DNA of 54,723 nucleotides from a virus (IMGVR_UViG_3300043446_003852:1-54723); one strand, 5' to 3'. Positions 17,174-29,300 are shown, numbered from the stretch's first letter. Numbers and translations are program-made. The notes: a model not told the origin generated them from the letters alone.

Positions 17174-17830
17174 TTACTTATCGTATTTTGTGTGTTCTCG
17201 TGGATTAACTAGAATTTGTTTCAATATAGGAAATTTTTTTGAATTTCTATCAATAATTCTTTGGTTTGTATCAACGATTCCAGGTTGAACTAATATTCCA
17301 TTACGTCTAATATCAAATTCTGGTCCAGAAAGTTTCCACGGGATTTCCAAAAGACCATACAGATATTGATTTATGCCCTCATGATCTCTATCATAATTTG
17401 CAGTTTGAGACTTATCAACTTCAAAAAATACTTTATTGGGTTCATTCTTTTTATAAATGAAATATCGTTTCATCACACCGTCTTCTTGTTCTATCTGACT
17501 TGGCCTGACTTTAACAGCACGAGGAGCAGTATATCTCGAAAATTGATTTCCACCTCCACCAATTACTTGTTTCTTTTCTCCACCAATCAAGACATAATGT
17601 TTTAAATCGAGGTATCTAAAATATGAATCTTCTCTTTTTTTAAACTTAACAAGTTTTTTAGATTTTATTGGATCCCAATCTTTTTCCGTGAATATCTCTC
17701 CCGTAGAATACTTGTGATAAAATCCTTGATATTCTTTCCAATCTTCAAGGGTCATCCATTCATCACCTTTTGTGAAAAGATTTCTTTCAATTTGATTTTC
17801 GGGATAATATATTTTTTTTCGAAAAGCCAT
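17174..17830 (-). CDS. hypothetical (probable baseplate-associated) protein
   Basis: position after hub gene; YQGFYH, RYFIYK, WKLSGP blocks. Confidence 0.65.
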   Translation of the reverse strand: MAFRKKIYYPENQIERNLFTKGDEWMTLEDWKEYQGFYHKYSTGEIFTEKDWDPIKSKKLVKFKKREDSYFRYLDLKHYVLIGGEKKQVIGGGGNQFSRYTAPRAVKVRPSQIEQEDGVMKRYFIYKKNEPNKVFFEVDKSQTANYDRDHEGINQYLYGLLEIPWKLSGPEFDIRRNGILVQPGIVDTNQRIIDRNSKKFPILKQILVNPREHTKYDK

Positions 17831-17836
17831 AATTTA

Positions 17837-19801
17837 TTAATCCATGCTAATACGTGATTTAGTATTTAAAGTTGTTTCCCAAACGCCATCTTTTATTGTA
17901 TGATTTATTTTTGTTACAGTAAACACCATTTTATATGTTGTAAAATAATGTTTTGGTATCAAATTAGTTGTTATAACGTCTCCGAATTTAAAGCCAGATA
18001 CACCATCTATTGTTATACTTAAATCTATTGGATAAATTGCTTTATTTAACCAGTGAGCACTACCAGCATTTCCTTTTTCATCTCGTTTCATTCTTTTTAT
18101 CTTCACAAGAGAACTTCGTACTTTATCAGACCAAGCATCATTGAATCCTCTTTCTTTTGCCTTACTAATTGCCTCATCGTAACCTTTTTTAGCTTCATCG
18201 TATTCTTTATCGAAATCATCACTTTTTTCAGCTTTTGTTGCCGTAGAAGTATCACTATTTGATGGAGGAACTTGTTTACCACCTTTAGTTCCACGAGCTT
18301 GTGCATATGCAGCAGTAGCAAGTGGTCCAGGAGGTTTAGATGATAATGATATATTTTTTATCAATGGCTTAAATATTGATGCCTCAAATAAATAAGGAAC
18401 TACTTTTTCAGTATGTGCTTTAGCTAAATTAAAATCTTCAACTGAAAGTATCGCTGGTTCAGGTGGAGATGCAGTAGCATTTAGTTTACCGGATGGTTGC
18501 CTTGGTTCGTACATTTGTGGAGTTAATTGATATATGTCACCCGTTGCAACATTTATTCCTTTTGAAAAGGCCTCAATTAATTTTGTTATATTTTTGAATG
18601 GAACATTTGTTGCATTTTGCTCTACAAATCCTCTATATGTTTCTTTAATATAATCAGTACCCAGTAGTATTCCACCAATATCAATTGTTCCAGCTGAAAC
18701 ATTCTTTGTTAAAGATTCTTCATTTTCAAACGGTTTCAAATCACCGTATGACCCAAGTTCTTTATGAGGAAACAAAACTTTTATTGGAGTTGTAGATTTA
18801 ACTTCGGTATTGAGTGAAGCCTCATTCCCGAAAGTTTGTATTCTATACAAACTACCGAAAACAGGATTATTCCCTTCAAAATCAGTAACTAACTTATTTA
18901 AAAATTCAGTTATAGCACCAAACTTTACATACCAAAATGTTTTTGGTACTGGTTTATTTTTTGGATTACCTTTATCGTCAACATCGGCGGATTCTTGGAA
19001 CGGCAAACCCACGGCATAATATTCCAATTTTTTTGCACTTGTTTCACTTGTTCCAATATATTTACTTTGTCCTTCGGATAAATTTATAGACGCAGATAGT
19101 GCTGCTAAATCTTGGTCAATTATAGTGATAAGATTATCTCCTTTTAATGCTTCTCCCTTTGGATCTTTTGCTTCGCCTTCTTCTTTTGAACTTTGGTCAC
19201 CCGATTGTCCTAAAGAAATAGTGGCAGCAGATACAATAGAACAATCTGCAGTAACAGAAAGATCACTATTAAATGACCAATTAAAGTTATAAATAATCCC
19301 CGTGAATTCTTGTATGCAAGCTTTTTTATTAGCGGCGGATATACTCCATCCCCAAGAAATTTCCACTTCCTTACCTGGCATAAAGAATGCTTCTTCCAAT
19401 TTTCCCAAATCAAATCCATTTGCAGTTAAAACTGGGAATATTGTAAATGTGAATTTACCCTTGAGTAATGAGCCAATTGTACCTTCATTTGATATTTCTA
19501 TTCCGGTCAAAAGTGGTTTTTTAGGAACGTTACGTTGTGAACTATACAACGTTAGATTCCCTTTTTCATCTGACATTACTTTTGAACCGGGAAATCCCAA
19601 AGATATTTCAGGATGATCTACCGATATAACTCTTCCCCATGCAGTTTTCTGATATGACCAAACTACATTTTGTGGGAATGCTTTACCGACTCCTCGTACT
19701 TTTCTACCATAATAAGATGCACGAGTATTTAATTCTGTTTGAACAAAACCATCAACTTCTCTATAAAAAGGATTGACATATTTATCACCAACTTTTGGCA
19801 T
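17837..19801 (-). CDS. putative baseplate hub / tail protein
   Basis: position after the LysM gene; PG.EVEISWGW, GIIYNFNWS, C-terminal TIDGVSGFKFGD..FTVTKINHTI..WETTL. Confidence 0.6.
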   Translation of the reverse strand: MPKVGDKYVNPFYREVDGFVQTELNTRASYYGRKVRGVGKAFPQNVVWSYQKTAWGRVISVDHPEISLGFPGSKVMSDEKGNLTLYSSQRNVPKKPLLTGIEISNEGTIGSLLKGKFTFTIFPVLTANGFDLGKLEEAFFMPGKEVEISWGWSISAANKKACIQEFTGIIYNFNWSFNSDLSVTADCSIVSAATISLGQSGDQSSKEEGEAKDPKGEALKGDNLITIIDQDLAALSASINLSEGQSKYIGTSETSAKKLEYYAVGLPFQESADVDDKGNPKNKPVPKTFWYVKFGAITEFLNKLVTDFEGNNPVFGSLYRIQTFGNEASLNTEVKSTTPIKVLFPHKELGSYGDLKPFENEESLTKNVSAGTIDIGGILLGTDYIKETYRGFVEQNATNVPFKNITKLIEAFSKGINVATGDIYQLTPQMYEPRQPSGKLNATASPPEPAILSVEDFNLAKAHTEKVVPYLFEASIFKPLIKNISLSSKPPGPLATAAYAQARGTKGGKQVPPSNSDTSTATKAEKSDDFDKEYDEAKKGYDEAISKAKERGFNDAWSDKVRSSLVKIKRMKRDEKGNAGSAHWLNKAIYPIDLSITIDGVSGFKFGDVITTNLIPKHYFTTYKMVFTVTKINHTIKDGVWETTLNTKSRISMD

Positions 19802-20139
19802 TATCTACTCTCATTGAAATCATTTAACAAAGCTGCAATACCAGTATAATCTGTATAGAATGGTATTCTTATGATTTTTCCAGGAGGAATTATCATACTA
19901 CCTTTACCCAACCCGTTCGCTCGTGCGATAGTGAACCAGAATGTTTCATCTCCATAATACTCTTTTGCCAATAAATCAAGTCTATCACCCTGCTGTGATA
20001 CAATTTTTGTATCATCTGCACCCGTTGATAAGTCTGGATACATTATTGTAGAAATTCTCCTAACAGTTTTTACATTTCCGTCAGATTCTATTTTTCTAGA
20101 ATTTGGTATTAAGTATGAATTTTCATATCGGTTTGCCAT
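19801..20139 (-). CDS. LysM / tail-X baseplate wedge protein
   Basis: GDRLDLLAKEYYGDETFWFTIARAN...PGKIIRIP. Confidence 0.85.
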   Translation of the reverse strand: MANRYENSYLIPNSRKIESDGNVKTVRRISTIMYPDLSTGADDTKIVSQQGDRLDLLAKEYYGDETFWFTIARANGLGKGSMIIPPGKIIRIPFYTDYTGIAALLNDFNESR

Positions 20140-20172
20140 ATATTTTCCTTCAATATACTAATTTTTTCTCAA

Positions 20173-23100
20173 TTATACTGCACTACCACTTTCAAATAAA
20201 GTCTCGGCTGGTTCTATTCCCGTGTCTATCTTTGTTTCTTCACCCGGAGCAACTGGTAAATAGAATTTATTATCTGGATTATCCATATTAACATCATCAT
20301 ATGATTTGAAATAATTAACTTTATTTGAATCTTTTGGAATTAATCCGTTCTCTGGACTGTTACCTGTGTCATCATATAATGAGTACATGACGCCTCTAAA
20401 TTCTGGTCTGTAAACTCCAACTGGAACAAATTCACAAGAAACTTGAATTGTTTTTGGTAATTGCAATACGCCAGGTTGAACCTTATCTTTATTTGCACCG
20501 GATAAATCTTGGTCTTCTTTTAATTTTGCAGTCTCCCATGTTCCTTGTGTATTATCAAATGTATATGTAAGATTTGATAAATATCCAGGCATTTTACGGA
20601 AAAGATTTCCAATATTCAAACGAATTAGAGGGCCACGAATCCAACCAGCTTGTGTATATTCTGGTGCTGTCCATGATGCAAGATAATTTAATTTTCTCCA
20701 AGTTGCTTTCATCTCATCACGAGAACCGATGTGAACAGTAAATCCAAATGAAACTGAGCGTTCATATCCTTGATAAACATATAGTGGGTCTGCACGTCCC
20801 ATATATTTTACTGAGTTCCAACTTGGTTTGTGGTTATCTGTTATACTATCAAATGTAGCACGAAATACTATAACCTCAGCTGGACAATTTTTGTGTCCAC
20901 TCAATACTATACTTGAGAAATAAAACTCTACAAAATCTTCTTTACCTGGAAGTGATGGATCTGAAAACTTACTCTTCTCATACACCAAATCTTTTGTTAT
21001 GTTGAAATTTGCTCGTTTATAATCTATAATATTTATTCTATCGCCGCGGAACTCATATCCACCGCCACTCTTTAGTTTTGGTATAGAATAATTAGAAAAT
21101 TCTGGATGCTTATTATCTGGGTTATCGACCGGTTTTGGTTGTTTAGCATAAATAATATTACTTACAAATGGTATATCTCTTTGTGCACCAGGTTTTCCGT
21201 GTTTACCCATACCAAAGAAATCTTCTTGATTTCTTGTATCATATCTTGCTATCTTTGGATTATTTATAAATGATTCCGATCCACTCAATTCTAAATCGTG
21301 TCTAAAATCATTAAATAGATTTGATCTACCACCTTGACCCTTTTCAGCTTTTTGTAATTTATTGTAAGCAAGTGTTCTATATTTTTTAATTGGATTGGTA
21401 TTATAGTCATTTATTTTGTTAGATGGACCTAAATGCAATTGACTACCATTTCTAGTAGCATTGTCAGATGTTATACTTTTTAATCTATTTAAAGGATCAT
21501 CATACTTGGGATTAAACGGATTTAGTTTTTCTATTTTATCCTTTGTTTGTGTTTGAACAGGTATATTTTCTTTAAGTTTAGTGTCCGGATTTTTCTTTAT
21601 TTGATTTAATGGTCTTTCGTTCACTATTTGTGATAGTGCTAATATTATACCATAAAAATCTTTGCTTTCTAAATTTGAATATTCTTTGTTTAGTATATCT
21701 GTATATTTAGTTTCCTTTATCGCACCAAAAAATGATTCTCTTTTCGCAGAATCTAAGTATGCAGGTTCTTTTTGATCATTAAATAACTGCGGAGCTGTGG
21801 TGTATAAACCCAAATATGGGTGAGTTGATTTATTTATTGTTGTCCCACCTATTCCTAAAAATGAATTAGGTCCACCTAATGTAGAAGATATTCTAGCTAT
21901 TCCTGATATACCCACTTGTTTTTTAGCATAATCAATAGCAGTATTTTTTGCAGTATCAGCAACAGAAGTTGCGCCTGATTTCGGTTTCGTCATTGGTAAA
22001 AAGGAATTCGGTAATAATTCTCGCATTAAACCAATAAGACGATTATAACCATCGGGGTCTCTTAACACGTCGTTTGGAGCATTTAAATCTGAAAAAGTTT
22101 TGTCATTAAATCTTTGATTTAATTCTCGATTCGTAGTTGCCTGTTCGTATTTGTTTAGATAATCGGAATTAAAAGGATTTAATCCGTGACGAGATAAATG
22201 CACTCCCGCTCGAGCCGTAGCCACATTTCCCAATAAAGTAATAGGATTAAATAAGTGAGTAGTTGAAAAACCTAAAATTCCACTTTCAGTTTTTTTAGGA
22301 TCAACATCTACCATAGGATTCATTAATTGTAATCCAAGTTGTCTTACATTAAACAATAATCCCTTAACACTCGCAGTCCATTTTCCGATACGAACAACGT
22401 CCATCAGAATTCTTTCTGCCTGTGTTACAACACCACCACGAACTATACCATCGTCAAATGTTACACCAAATCCCCATCTCTGATTTTCAACTTCACCATC
22501 TCGTTGAATACCACGAACAACATAAGGTTGGAAGAAAAATGCTGGCTCTGAATTAGTTGATTCCTTTTGAAGTTTATATTTAGAATATTGCTCGTCAAGC
22601 GGTGACGGTGAACGTCTTGTTGTTGCCCACTTTGTTAAATAGCCTAATTTTTCTGTACTATCTTTTACTGTTCTCTCATACTTCTTATCAAATGAACCGG
22701 CAGTTCCTTTTGTCTTTAACTGTGGTATTTGATTTTCAAGTGTTGAGAATAATGTTCCATCTACCCACGGCCTTCTTCCAAGAGAAAGTGGTGCGTATTT
22801 TTCTTCATCTTGAGTTTTTAATCTTCTTTGTTGTGCACGATTTGTTTCTATCTCATATCGTTTATTAGGATTATCGTTTGCACTTAAACGCGGATTTATA
22901 ATCGGATAAAGTGAAAGTTCAGCGGATGTCATTCCTACCATGAATCCCGATTTCTCCGATGGCGTAAATCCAAAGAATGATGTATATGGTACATTCTTTG
23001 TTGACGAAAGATTTTTAACGGCACCGAATGAGAATCTTGATGGTTCGTATGATAGTTTAGTCTCGCTTGGATTTATAAAGAAATTAGTAAACCCAGCAAC

Positions 23101-26100
23101 AGCTTTAGGTGTATCACCACCTATTCCGAAATAATCTACACTCGGTGCCTGTTGTGAATTACCTTTCCAAACATATCTACTAACATCATTTACATACTTA
23201 CTTTCAAGAGATTGTGCTAATGTATTGAATCCTGTTGCAGATGTATTTATTAAGTAATCTACAGCAGGAGCAGTTGAACGTGTACCAACAAATGTAAATC
23301 TTGATTTTTCTGTTTCATATTCACTACTCAATGATTGAGCAAAATTCGTGAAACCTTTATTATTAGAATCGGTAAAGTAATTTGTACTCGGTGCATTCTG
23401 TGAACTTCCCTTGAATGTAAAACTACTAATATCTTCTTTATACTTACTATCGTGTAATCCTATCTTTGTATTGAATCCTTCACTCTTATCATTACCAAAA
23501 AAATCAACAGGTGTTGGTAATGATCCCTTAAATGTAAATCCACTAATATCTTTATTGTATTTACTTTCAAGTAAAGCTGTTTTATTTACGAATCCACTTG
23601 CCTGTGTATTACCAAAGAAATCTATTGGTGTTGGTAGTGAACCTTTAAACGTGAACTCTGAAATATCCTTCTTGTATTCCGTTTCTAATTTTGGTGCAAA
23701 CTTTGTGAATCCTGTTGCCTTACCATCAACAAAGAAGTTTGTTGTTGGTGCAGCTTTTGATGCACCATCCCAGTCATAAATCGAAGAATCTTTAACATAC
23801 TTTGTATCATAAAGTTCAGCGTTTCTATGGAATCCTTTTTTAGTATTCTTTCCTGTTAAATCAAAATAGTTGACCTCTGGTGCAGATTGTTTTGTCCCGT
23901 CCCAATCATACACAGAAGACTCATGAACATACTTTGTATCATACAATTGGGCGAGTCTATGAAAACCTTTAGTTGTATTCTTTGCAATTAAATCAAAGTA
24001 ATTTACTTCAGGGGAACTTTCTCTTGTGCCATCCCAATCGTAAATTGAAGATTCGTGTATGTACTTTGTATCATATATTTGTGCAAATGTATGGAATCCA
24101 GCATTTGTATTTGCTGAAGTAAGGTCAAAATAATTTACAGAAGGTGCCTGTTGTTTTGTTCCATCCCAATCAAAGATAGATGATTCTGCAACATATTTTG
24201 TATCATAGATTTGAGCAAATTTATGAAAACCTATTGTTGTATTTTTTGCAGTTAAATCGAAGTAATTTACTTCAGGTGCTTGTTCTCTCTTTCCATCCCA
24301 ATCAAATACAGATGATTCTGCAACATATTTTGTATCATATAATTGAGCAAATCTATGGAATCCAATTGTTGTATTCTTTGCAGTTAAATCGAAGTAATTT
24401 ACTTGGGGTGCTTGCTCACGTTTTCCATCCCAATCATAGATTGAAGATTCGGGTACATACTTTGTATCGTATATCTGTGCAAATTTATTGAACCCAGCAG
24501 TTGTATTCTTACCCGTTAAATCAAAGTAATTAACTTCTGGTGCTTCTTGTTTAGTACCGTCCCAATCAAATTGTGAGGATTCTGCAACATACTTTGTGTC
24601 ATACAACTGTGCAAAGGAATGGAATCCGGCAGTTGTATTCTTTGCAGTTAAATCAAAGTAATTTGTTATTGGTGCTTTTTCGCGTGTACCATCCCAGTCA
24701 AACTGTGATGATTCGGGAATATACTTTGTATCATATATTTGAGCGAATCTATGGAATCCAGCATTTGTATTTTTACTTGTTACATCAAAGTAATTAACTT
24801 CTGGAGAAGAAGTTCGTGAACCATCCCAATCAAATTGAGAAGAATCTGGAATATACTTTGTGTCATACGTTTGAGCAAACTTGTGAAATCCAGCAGATGT
24901 ATTTTTACTTGTTACATCAAAGTAATCTGTTTCTGGTGCTTGATTACTCTTACCCTTCCAACCAAAAGATGAAGCATCTGGTTGATATGCGGATTGAAGT
25001 GTTGTAACAAAAGTCTTGAATCCCTCAGAAGTATATTTCTTTGTTACATCAAAGAAGTCAACTTGTGGTGGTTTATTAAATCCAAATTCAGAACTTTCTG
25101 TTTCATATAAAGTTTCACCTTTTTGTGCAAACTTTGTAAATCCTTTACCATTAACATCAGTAATAAAGTTTGTTGTTGGTGCAGCTTTTTTACCGCCAGA
25201 CCAACCAAATTTAGAACCATCTTTATATTGACTCTGACCTGGTTGTTGTTTAACTACAAATCCAGTCGCGTTTGTATCTTGGAAAAAGTTTACCTGTTGA
25301 ACACCGATAATTGAAAGCCTTGATTTATTCGGGTCTTCATTTCTACCATAGGGAATTGTTTTTATTACCGTGTCAACATTAAGATCAGATGTATCTTTCA
25401 ACATTGAAGATTCTTGATCGTATTTATCAGTTTCTGCAACTTGTAAAATTTTCTTACCTGTTAGTCTGGATTTTGTTATAAATCTAATTGGAGTTCCGTC
25501 AAGATTTAATCTACTGTTATCATCCAAATTAAATGTTCCATTCTCCACACGTAATACTTTTGTATTTGGATCTACAACTAAACCTTGTTTAATAGTATCT
25601 GTTATTATGTTTGGAGTTTGTGATTCTCTATCATAAGTTAAATTTGTTATATCCAAAGCTATTTTTGGATTTACAACATTGTTAAGCGGAGATACTAAAT
25701 CTTTATTAATAATCAAAGATTGCTTAGTTCTGTCAAATGTAAACGGAACACGATTTATAACATTCGGAATTGAATCTTCTCTGTCAAATGTTAATGGTAC
25801 TTTGTTTATTTTCGTGTTTGGATTCTCTACATTATCAGTAGGGTCATTTGGATTTTTTTTTATGTTCGGAGAACTATTTTCACGATCAAATGTTAATTGA
25901 CCTGAAGTTATATCTGTTGTTGACTCTAAGTTATTCGTGCCAGGATTTGTTCTTAAAACAACAATATTAGATTTGTCTAATCTACTTACGGTTTCAAACT
26001 TTTGTATAGAATTAAACTTTGTTGCTATATCTTCTATACTAACACCATTGATATTTCGAGTATCGTAAGTACGATTTACAGATGAGTATCTCGAAACAGA

Positions 26101-26352
26101 ATTGATAGTTAAATCTTCTTGTATTAATTTTTTTACATCATCAAGTTTTGTGGAACTTAACTTTTTTTCTAACTCTTGCGTTTTTACTTTTTTGACATTA
26201 GGAGAATACTTTGAAATCTTTTCACTTATAGGTTGAAAAGTTGCAAAGTTCTTATTATTAGTAGCCTTTGATGCCTCTGGAGTATTCTTTGGCTCTCTAC
26301 TAACTTCGGAACGGTATCTTGATAAGTCTGATGATAAGTCTAATAATGCCAT
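20173..26352 (-). CDS. 2059-aa baseplate/tube-initiator-like protein with internal 44-aa repeats
   Basis: C-terminal FRATFDSITDNHKPSWNSVKYMGRADPLYVYQGYERSVSFGF tube-like domain; lies between tape measure and LysM genes. Confidence 0.7.
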   Translation of the reverse strand: MALLDLSSDLSRYRSEVSREPKNTPEASKATNNKNFATFQPISEKISKYSPNVKKVKTQELEKKLSSTKLDDVKKLIQEDLTINSVSRYSSVNRTYDTRNINGVSIEDIATKFNSIQKFETVSRLDKSNIVVLRTNPGTNNLESTTDITSGQLTFDRENSSPNIKKNPNDPTDNVENPNTKINKVPLTFDREDSIPNVINRVPFTFDRTKQSLIINKDLVSPLNNVVNPKIALDITNLTYDRESQTPNIITDTIKQGLVVDPNTKVLRVENGTFNLDDNSRLNLDGTPIRFITKSRLTGKKILQVAETDKYDQESSMLKDTSDLNVDTVIKTIPYGRNEDPNKSRLSIIGVQQVNFFQDTNATGFVVKQQPGQSQYKDGSKFGWSGGKKAAPTTNFITDVNGKGFTKFAQKGETLYETESSEFGFNKPPQVDFFDVTKKYTSEGFKTFVTTLQSAYQPDASSFGWKGKSNQAPETDYFDVTSKNTSAGFHKFAQTYDTKYIPDSSQFDWDGSRTSSPEVNYFDVTSKNTNAGFHRFAQIYDTKYIPESSQFDWDGTREKAPITNYFDLTAKNTTAGFHSFAQLYDTKYVAESSQFDWDGTKQEAPEVNYFDLTGKNTTAGFNKFAQIYDTKYVPESSIYDWDGKREQAPQVNYFDLTAKNTTIGFHRFAQLYDTKYVAESSVFDWDGKREQAPEVNYFDLTAKNTTIGFHKFAQIYDTKYVAESSIFDWDGTKQQAPSVNYFDLTSANTNAGFHTFAQIYDTKYIHESSIYDWDGTRESSPEVNYFDLIAKNTTKGFHRLAQLYDTKYVHESSVYDWDGTKQSAPEVNYFDLTGKNTKKGFHRNAELYDTKYVKDSSIYDWDGASKAAPTTNFFVDGKATGFTKFAPKLETEYKKDISEFTFKGSLPTPIDFFGNTQASGFVNKTALLESKYNKDISGFTFKGSLPTPVDFFGNDKSEGFNTKIGLHDSKYKEDISSFTFKGSSQNAPSTNYFTDSNNKGFTNFAQSLSSEYETEKSRFTFVGTRSTAPAVDYLINTSATGFNTLAQSLESKYVNDVSRYVWKGNSQQAPSVDYFGIGGDTPKAVAGFTNFFINPSETKLSYEPSRFSFGAVKNLSSTKNVPYTSFFGFTPSEKSGFMVGMTSAELSLYPIINPRLSANDNPNKRYEIETNRAQQRRLKTQDEEKYAPLSLGRRPWVDGTLFSTLENQIPQLKTKGTAGSFDKKYERTVKDSTEKLGYLTKWATTRRSPSPLDEQYSKYKLQKESTNSEPAFFFQPYVVRGIQRDGEVENQRWGFGVTFDDGIVRGGVVTQAERILMDVVRIGKWTASVKGLLFNVRQLGLQLMNPMVDVDPKKTESGILGFSTTHLFNPITLLGNVATARAGVHLSRHGLNPFNSDYLNKYEQATTNRELNQRFNDKTFSDLNAPNDVLRDPDGYNRLIGLMRELLPNSFLPMTKPKSGATSVADTAKNTAIDYAKKQVGISGIARISSTLGGPNSFLGIGGTTINKSTHPYLGLYTTAPQLFNDQKEPAYLDSAKRESFFGAIKETKYTDILNKEYSNLESKDFYGIILALSQIVNERPLNQIKKNPDTKLKENIPVQTQTKDKIEKLNPFNPKYDDPLNRLKSITSDNATRNGSQLHLGPSNKINDYNTNPIKKYRTLAYNKLQKAEKGQGGRSNLFNDFRHDLELSGSESFINNPKIARYDTRNQEDFFGMGKHGKPGAQRDIPFVSNIIYAKQPKPVDNPDNKHPEFSNYSIPKLKSGGGYEFRGDRINIIDYKRANFNITKDLVYEKSKFSDPSLPGKEDFVEFYFSSIVLSGHKNCPAEVIVFRATFDSITDNHKPSWNSVKYMGRADPLYVYQGYERSVSFGFTVHIGSRDEMKATWRKLNYLASWTAPEYTQAGWIRGPLIRLNIGNLFRKMPGYLSNLTYTFDNTQGTWETAKLKEDQDLSGANKDKVQPGVLQLPKTIQVSCEFVPVGVYRPEFRGVMYSLYDDTGNSPENGLIPKDSNKVNYFKSYDDVNMDNPDNKFYLPVAPGEETKIDTGIEPAETLFESGSAV
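23752..24939 (-). repeat. 9 tandem 132-nt (44-aa) coding repeats, flanked by about 9-10 degenerate copies (~22960-25300)
   Basis: unit APEVNYFDLTAKNTTxGFHxFAQxYDTKYVxESSxFDWDGxxxx; exact 132-nt periodicity. Confidence 0.95.
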
Positions 26353-26398
26353 ATATTGTTACCTGTTTGTTTAGATAAATATCGTAAAACAAGATTAA

Positions 26399-29300
26399 TT
26401 AACCTTCTACGGCACGACCATATGTGTTATCGGTTCCAACCTGATATGCTTTTTTAAAGTTAAGTTGACCTTTAATTTCTTCCACAGTTTTTTCTCCAAA
26501 TTTAATAACCGTTGGTTGTGATGCGGCTTGAGTAAATAAAGTTATAAGTGTGTCTAATTTTTTCTCTACATTAGCCATATTAGTACCACCACCCCCACCA
26601 CTAATAGCACCTACTGCTCCACCAACAACACTACCAAATAAACCACCTATTCCCTCGGCAACGGTGGATATTACTCCGCCGCGGCCACCTTGTTTTTCTG
26701 CTTTTGCATCAGAAGCTCCTGTGGGAATTCCAAGTGCTTCTAATATAGAAGATGTTTGATCACTCGCACCAGTAGATGCTACAGTTGCTCCCGATGGTAA
26801 AGAAACTACCTCTGGGCCATTTTCTCCTACCATAGCTAACCCACCTTTTTCTACTGTTCCACCCGCCGCCATTTTTGGTACTTCTGTTTTCGCACCGCCA
26901 CCGGCAGAGCTCTTTGTTTCCTCTGCGGCTTTTTCTTCCTCTCCACCCAATCCCAATAAATCTAATGCCCATCCAGGTAATAAATCTTTGACAGCTGCCT
27001 TTATTTTATCACCTATACCCTTAAATAAACCAACAAATGCATCAAATAAACCCATTACAAGGTTTACGGGTGCCATGAAAAAATCAGCTATTGCCTGGCC
27101 AATAAGTTCTAATCCCCCCTGAAGATCTCCGGTGAACAACTTCCCAATACCTTCGATTACACCCCATATAGATTTAAAAGGTTGTAATAAATAGTCTATT
27201 AAAATACCACCTATCTTCATAACATATTTAAATATAGGCTCTATTAAACTATAAACAAATCCAAATGCCTTTTGAATCCAATCAAAGAAGCCACCAATAG
27301 ATTCTTTTAAATTTGTTCCAAATATGGCATCTATTGCACCACCGATACCCATTAAAATCATTTTGGGTATGCCAAGGAAGAAATTAAACATTGTGTCTCC
27401 GAGTGTTTTTAACCCCCCTTCAAAATCTCCGGTGAAAATCTTCACAACAGCTGAAATAATTCCGGCAAGTGTCTCTAACGGTTTTATCAAAACTTTTGCA
27501 ATAATACCACCGATAAATGATATTACAGGACCTATGTATTCAAATGCCTTCTTAATCGTGTCAACTATACTAGAAGTCTGCTCTGCACCATCTTTTGCCT
27601 TAAACAGGGGTTCAAATGCTTTTGATATAGTGTCATAAATCTCGACGAATGTACCATATACTCCCTTGAACGCATCCCATAGGGGAGTAATGATAGCCAT
27701 TAACCACATTTTAGTCGGAGTTATTATGTAAGAAATAAGAACACCGGATATACCTAAAATAACGTCCTGAATAGTCTTAAAAATACCTGAGACCTTTTCT
27801 AAAATACCGGCCATGCCCCCTACACTATCCGTACCACTACTAAATATTGAGAATATATCTTTTACGGCATCAAATATAGGTTGTATAATAGCCCACACTA
27901 ATTTGAATGGGAATAATACATTTTGTAATAATACTTTACCAATACCCATAATGACATCCATTATTGGTTTTAATATTGAAAATACACCGTCAAAAATATC
28001 CATAAGACCACCACCTTGTGCAATACCATCCATCAATCCATGAACTACGTCAAGAATAGGTGCAACAAGTTTCATTGCGGTTTCTTTTATCTTCGTCATT
28101 ATGTCACCGAACTTTTCAGCAGTTGAAGCAGATTCTTCTTCAGCAGCTTTACGAAGTGCCAAATCTCTGGCTTCACCTTGTAATGTTGCTGCTTGGTTTT
28201 TGTATATTGCTGCTCTTTCTTCTGCGGTAGCATTTGCTAATTTTTCTTGGAGTTGTTTATCCAAACCAAGTTTATTCATTTCTTCGGCTTTAGTCAACAT
28301 GGTAGTCATTTCTTCAACAGTCATACCCATTGCATCAGCAAGTGCTTTTTGTTTTAAAGGACCACCTTCTTGAAATTCTTTTAAAGAACCGGCCTGTGTT
28401 AATAATTCATCTTGGAGTGTTGCAACATCACCATTTAATGCGGCTTCTCTTGCCTTATCAAGATTAATGTCTCTACCGAGTATAGCACGGGCTTCCATCT
28501 CCTTTTCAAGAGACGATTCAATATCTAACATACCCATACCAATATCTTTAACTTTCTTTAAATCAGTACCGAGTAATTTTGCTTTGGCGGCCGCAGCAAT
28601 AAGTTCTTTTGTACCACCTTTGAATGCAACAGCAACATCCTTCGATATACCACCGAGAAGTTTAACAGCATCCTTTGTTTTCATTACGCCACCGGCAACT
28701 TGGATTGCCTCACCAGCAAGTGCACCCATTGATTTACCACTTAGAGTTGATAACGTATGCACATTTTCAATCTCTTCCTTTGACATTCCAAACTTTTCTG
28801 AAAGAAGTGTTGCATCTTTTACCATCTCTTTCATACCGGGAGCTTGCATCATATTCTTTACGTCAATACCACCCATTATTTCTGAGACGGTTGCCATACC
28901 CTTAACAACTTCTTTTGAATTTACACCAACAAGATTCATCTCTTTAGCCATATCATGTGCCGCCTCATGGGCAGCAAGGGCTTCTTTCTTTGTTCCACCA
29001 AGTTCTTTTTGTACTTCAGATACACCTGAATCTAAATCCATAAATAAATCTATTAACATACCAACCGCGGCTATTACACCGAATATGGCAACTTGTGGTC
29101 CGGCAAGTAAAGCTTTACCAAATTGCATTGCAGCACCAGGTAATGATTTCATACCTTCAACCAACCCACCAGATTTAAATGAATTCATAACATTTTGCAA
29201 GGCACCACCCATACCGTTTTCAATTTTCTCTTTCATTTCATCAAAACCAAAAAGTTTCATTAGTGCTTCTCCACCAGGAACTTTTGATATTGCAGACTCT

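Noticed and set aside
23752-24939. 132-nt periodic array as a CRISPR array
   Set aside because: Whole units are similar with no unique spacers, the period is a multiple of 3 within an open frame, and there are no cas genes
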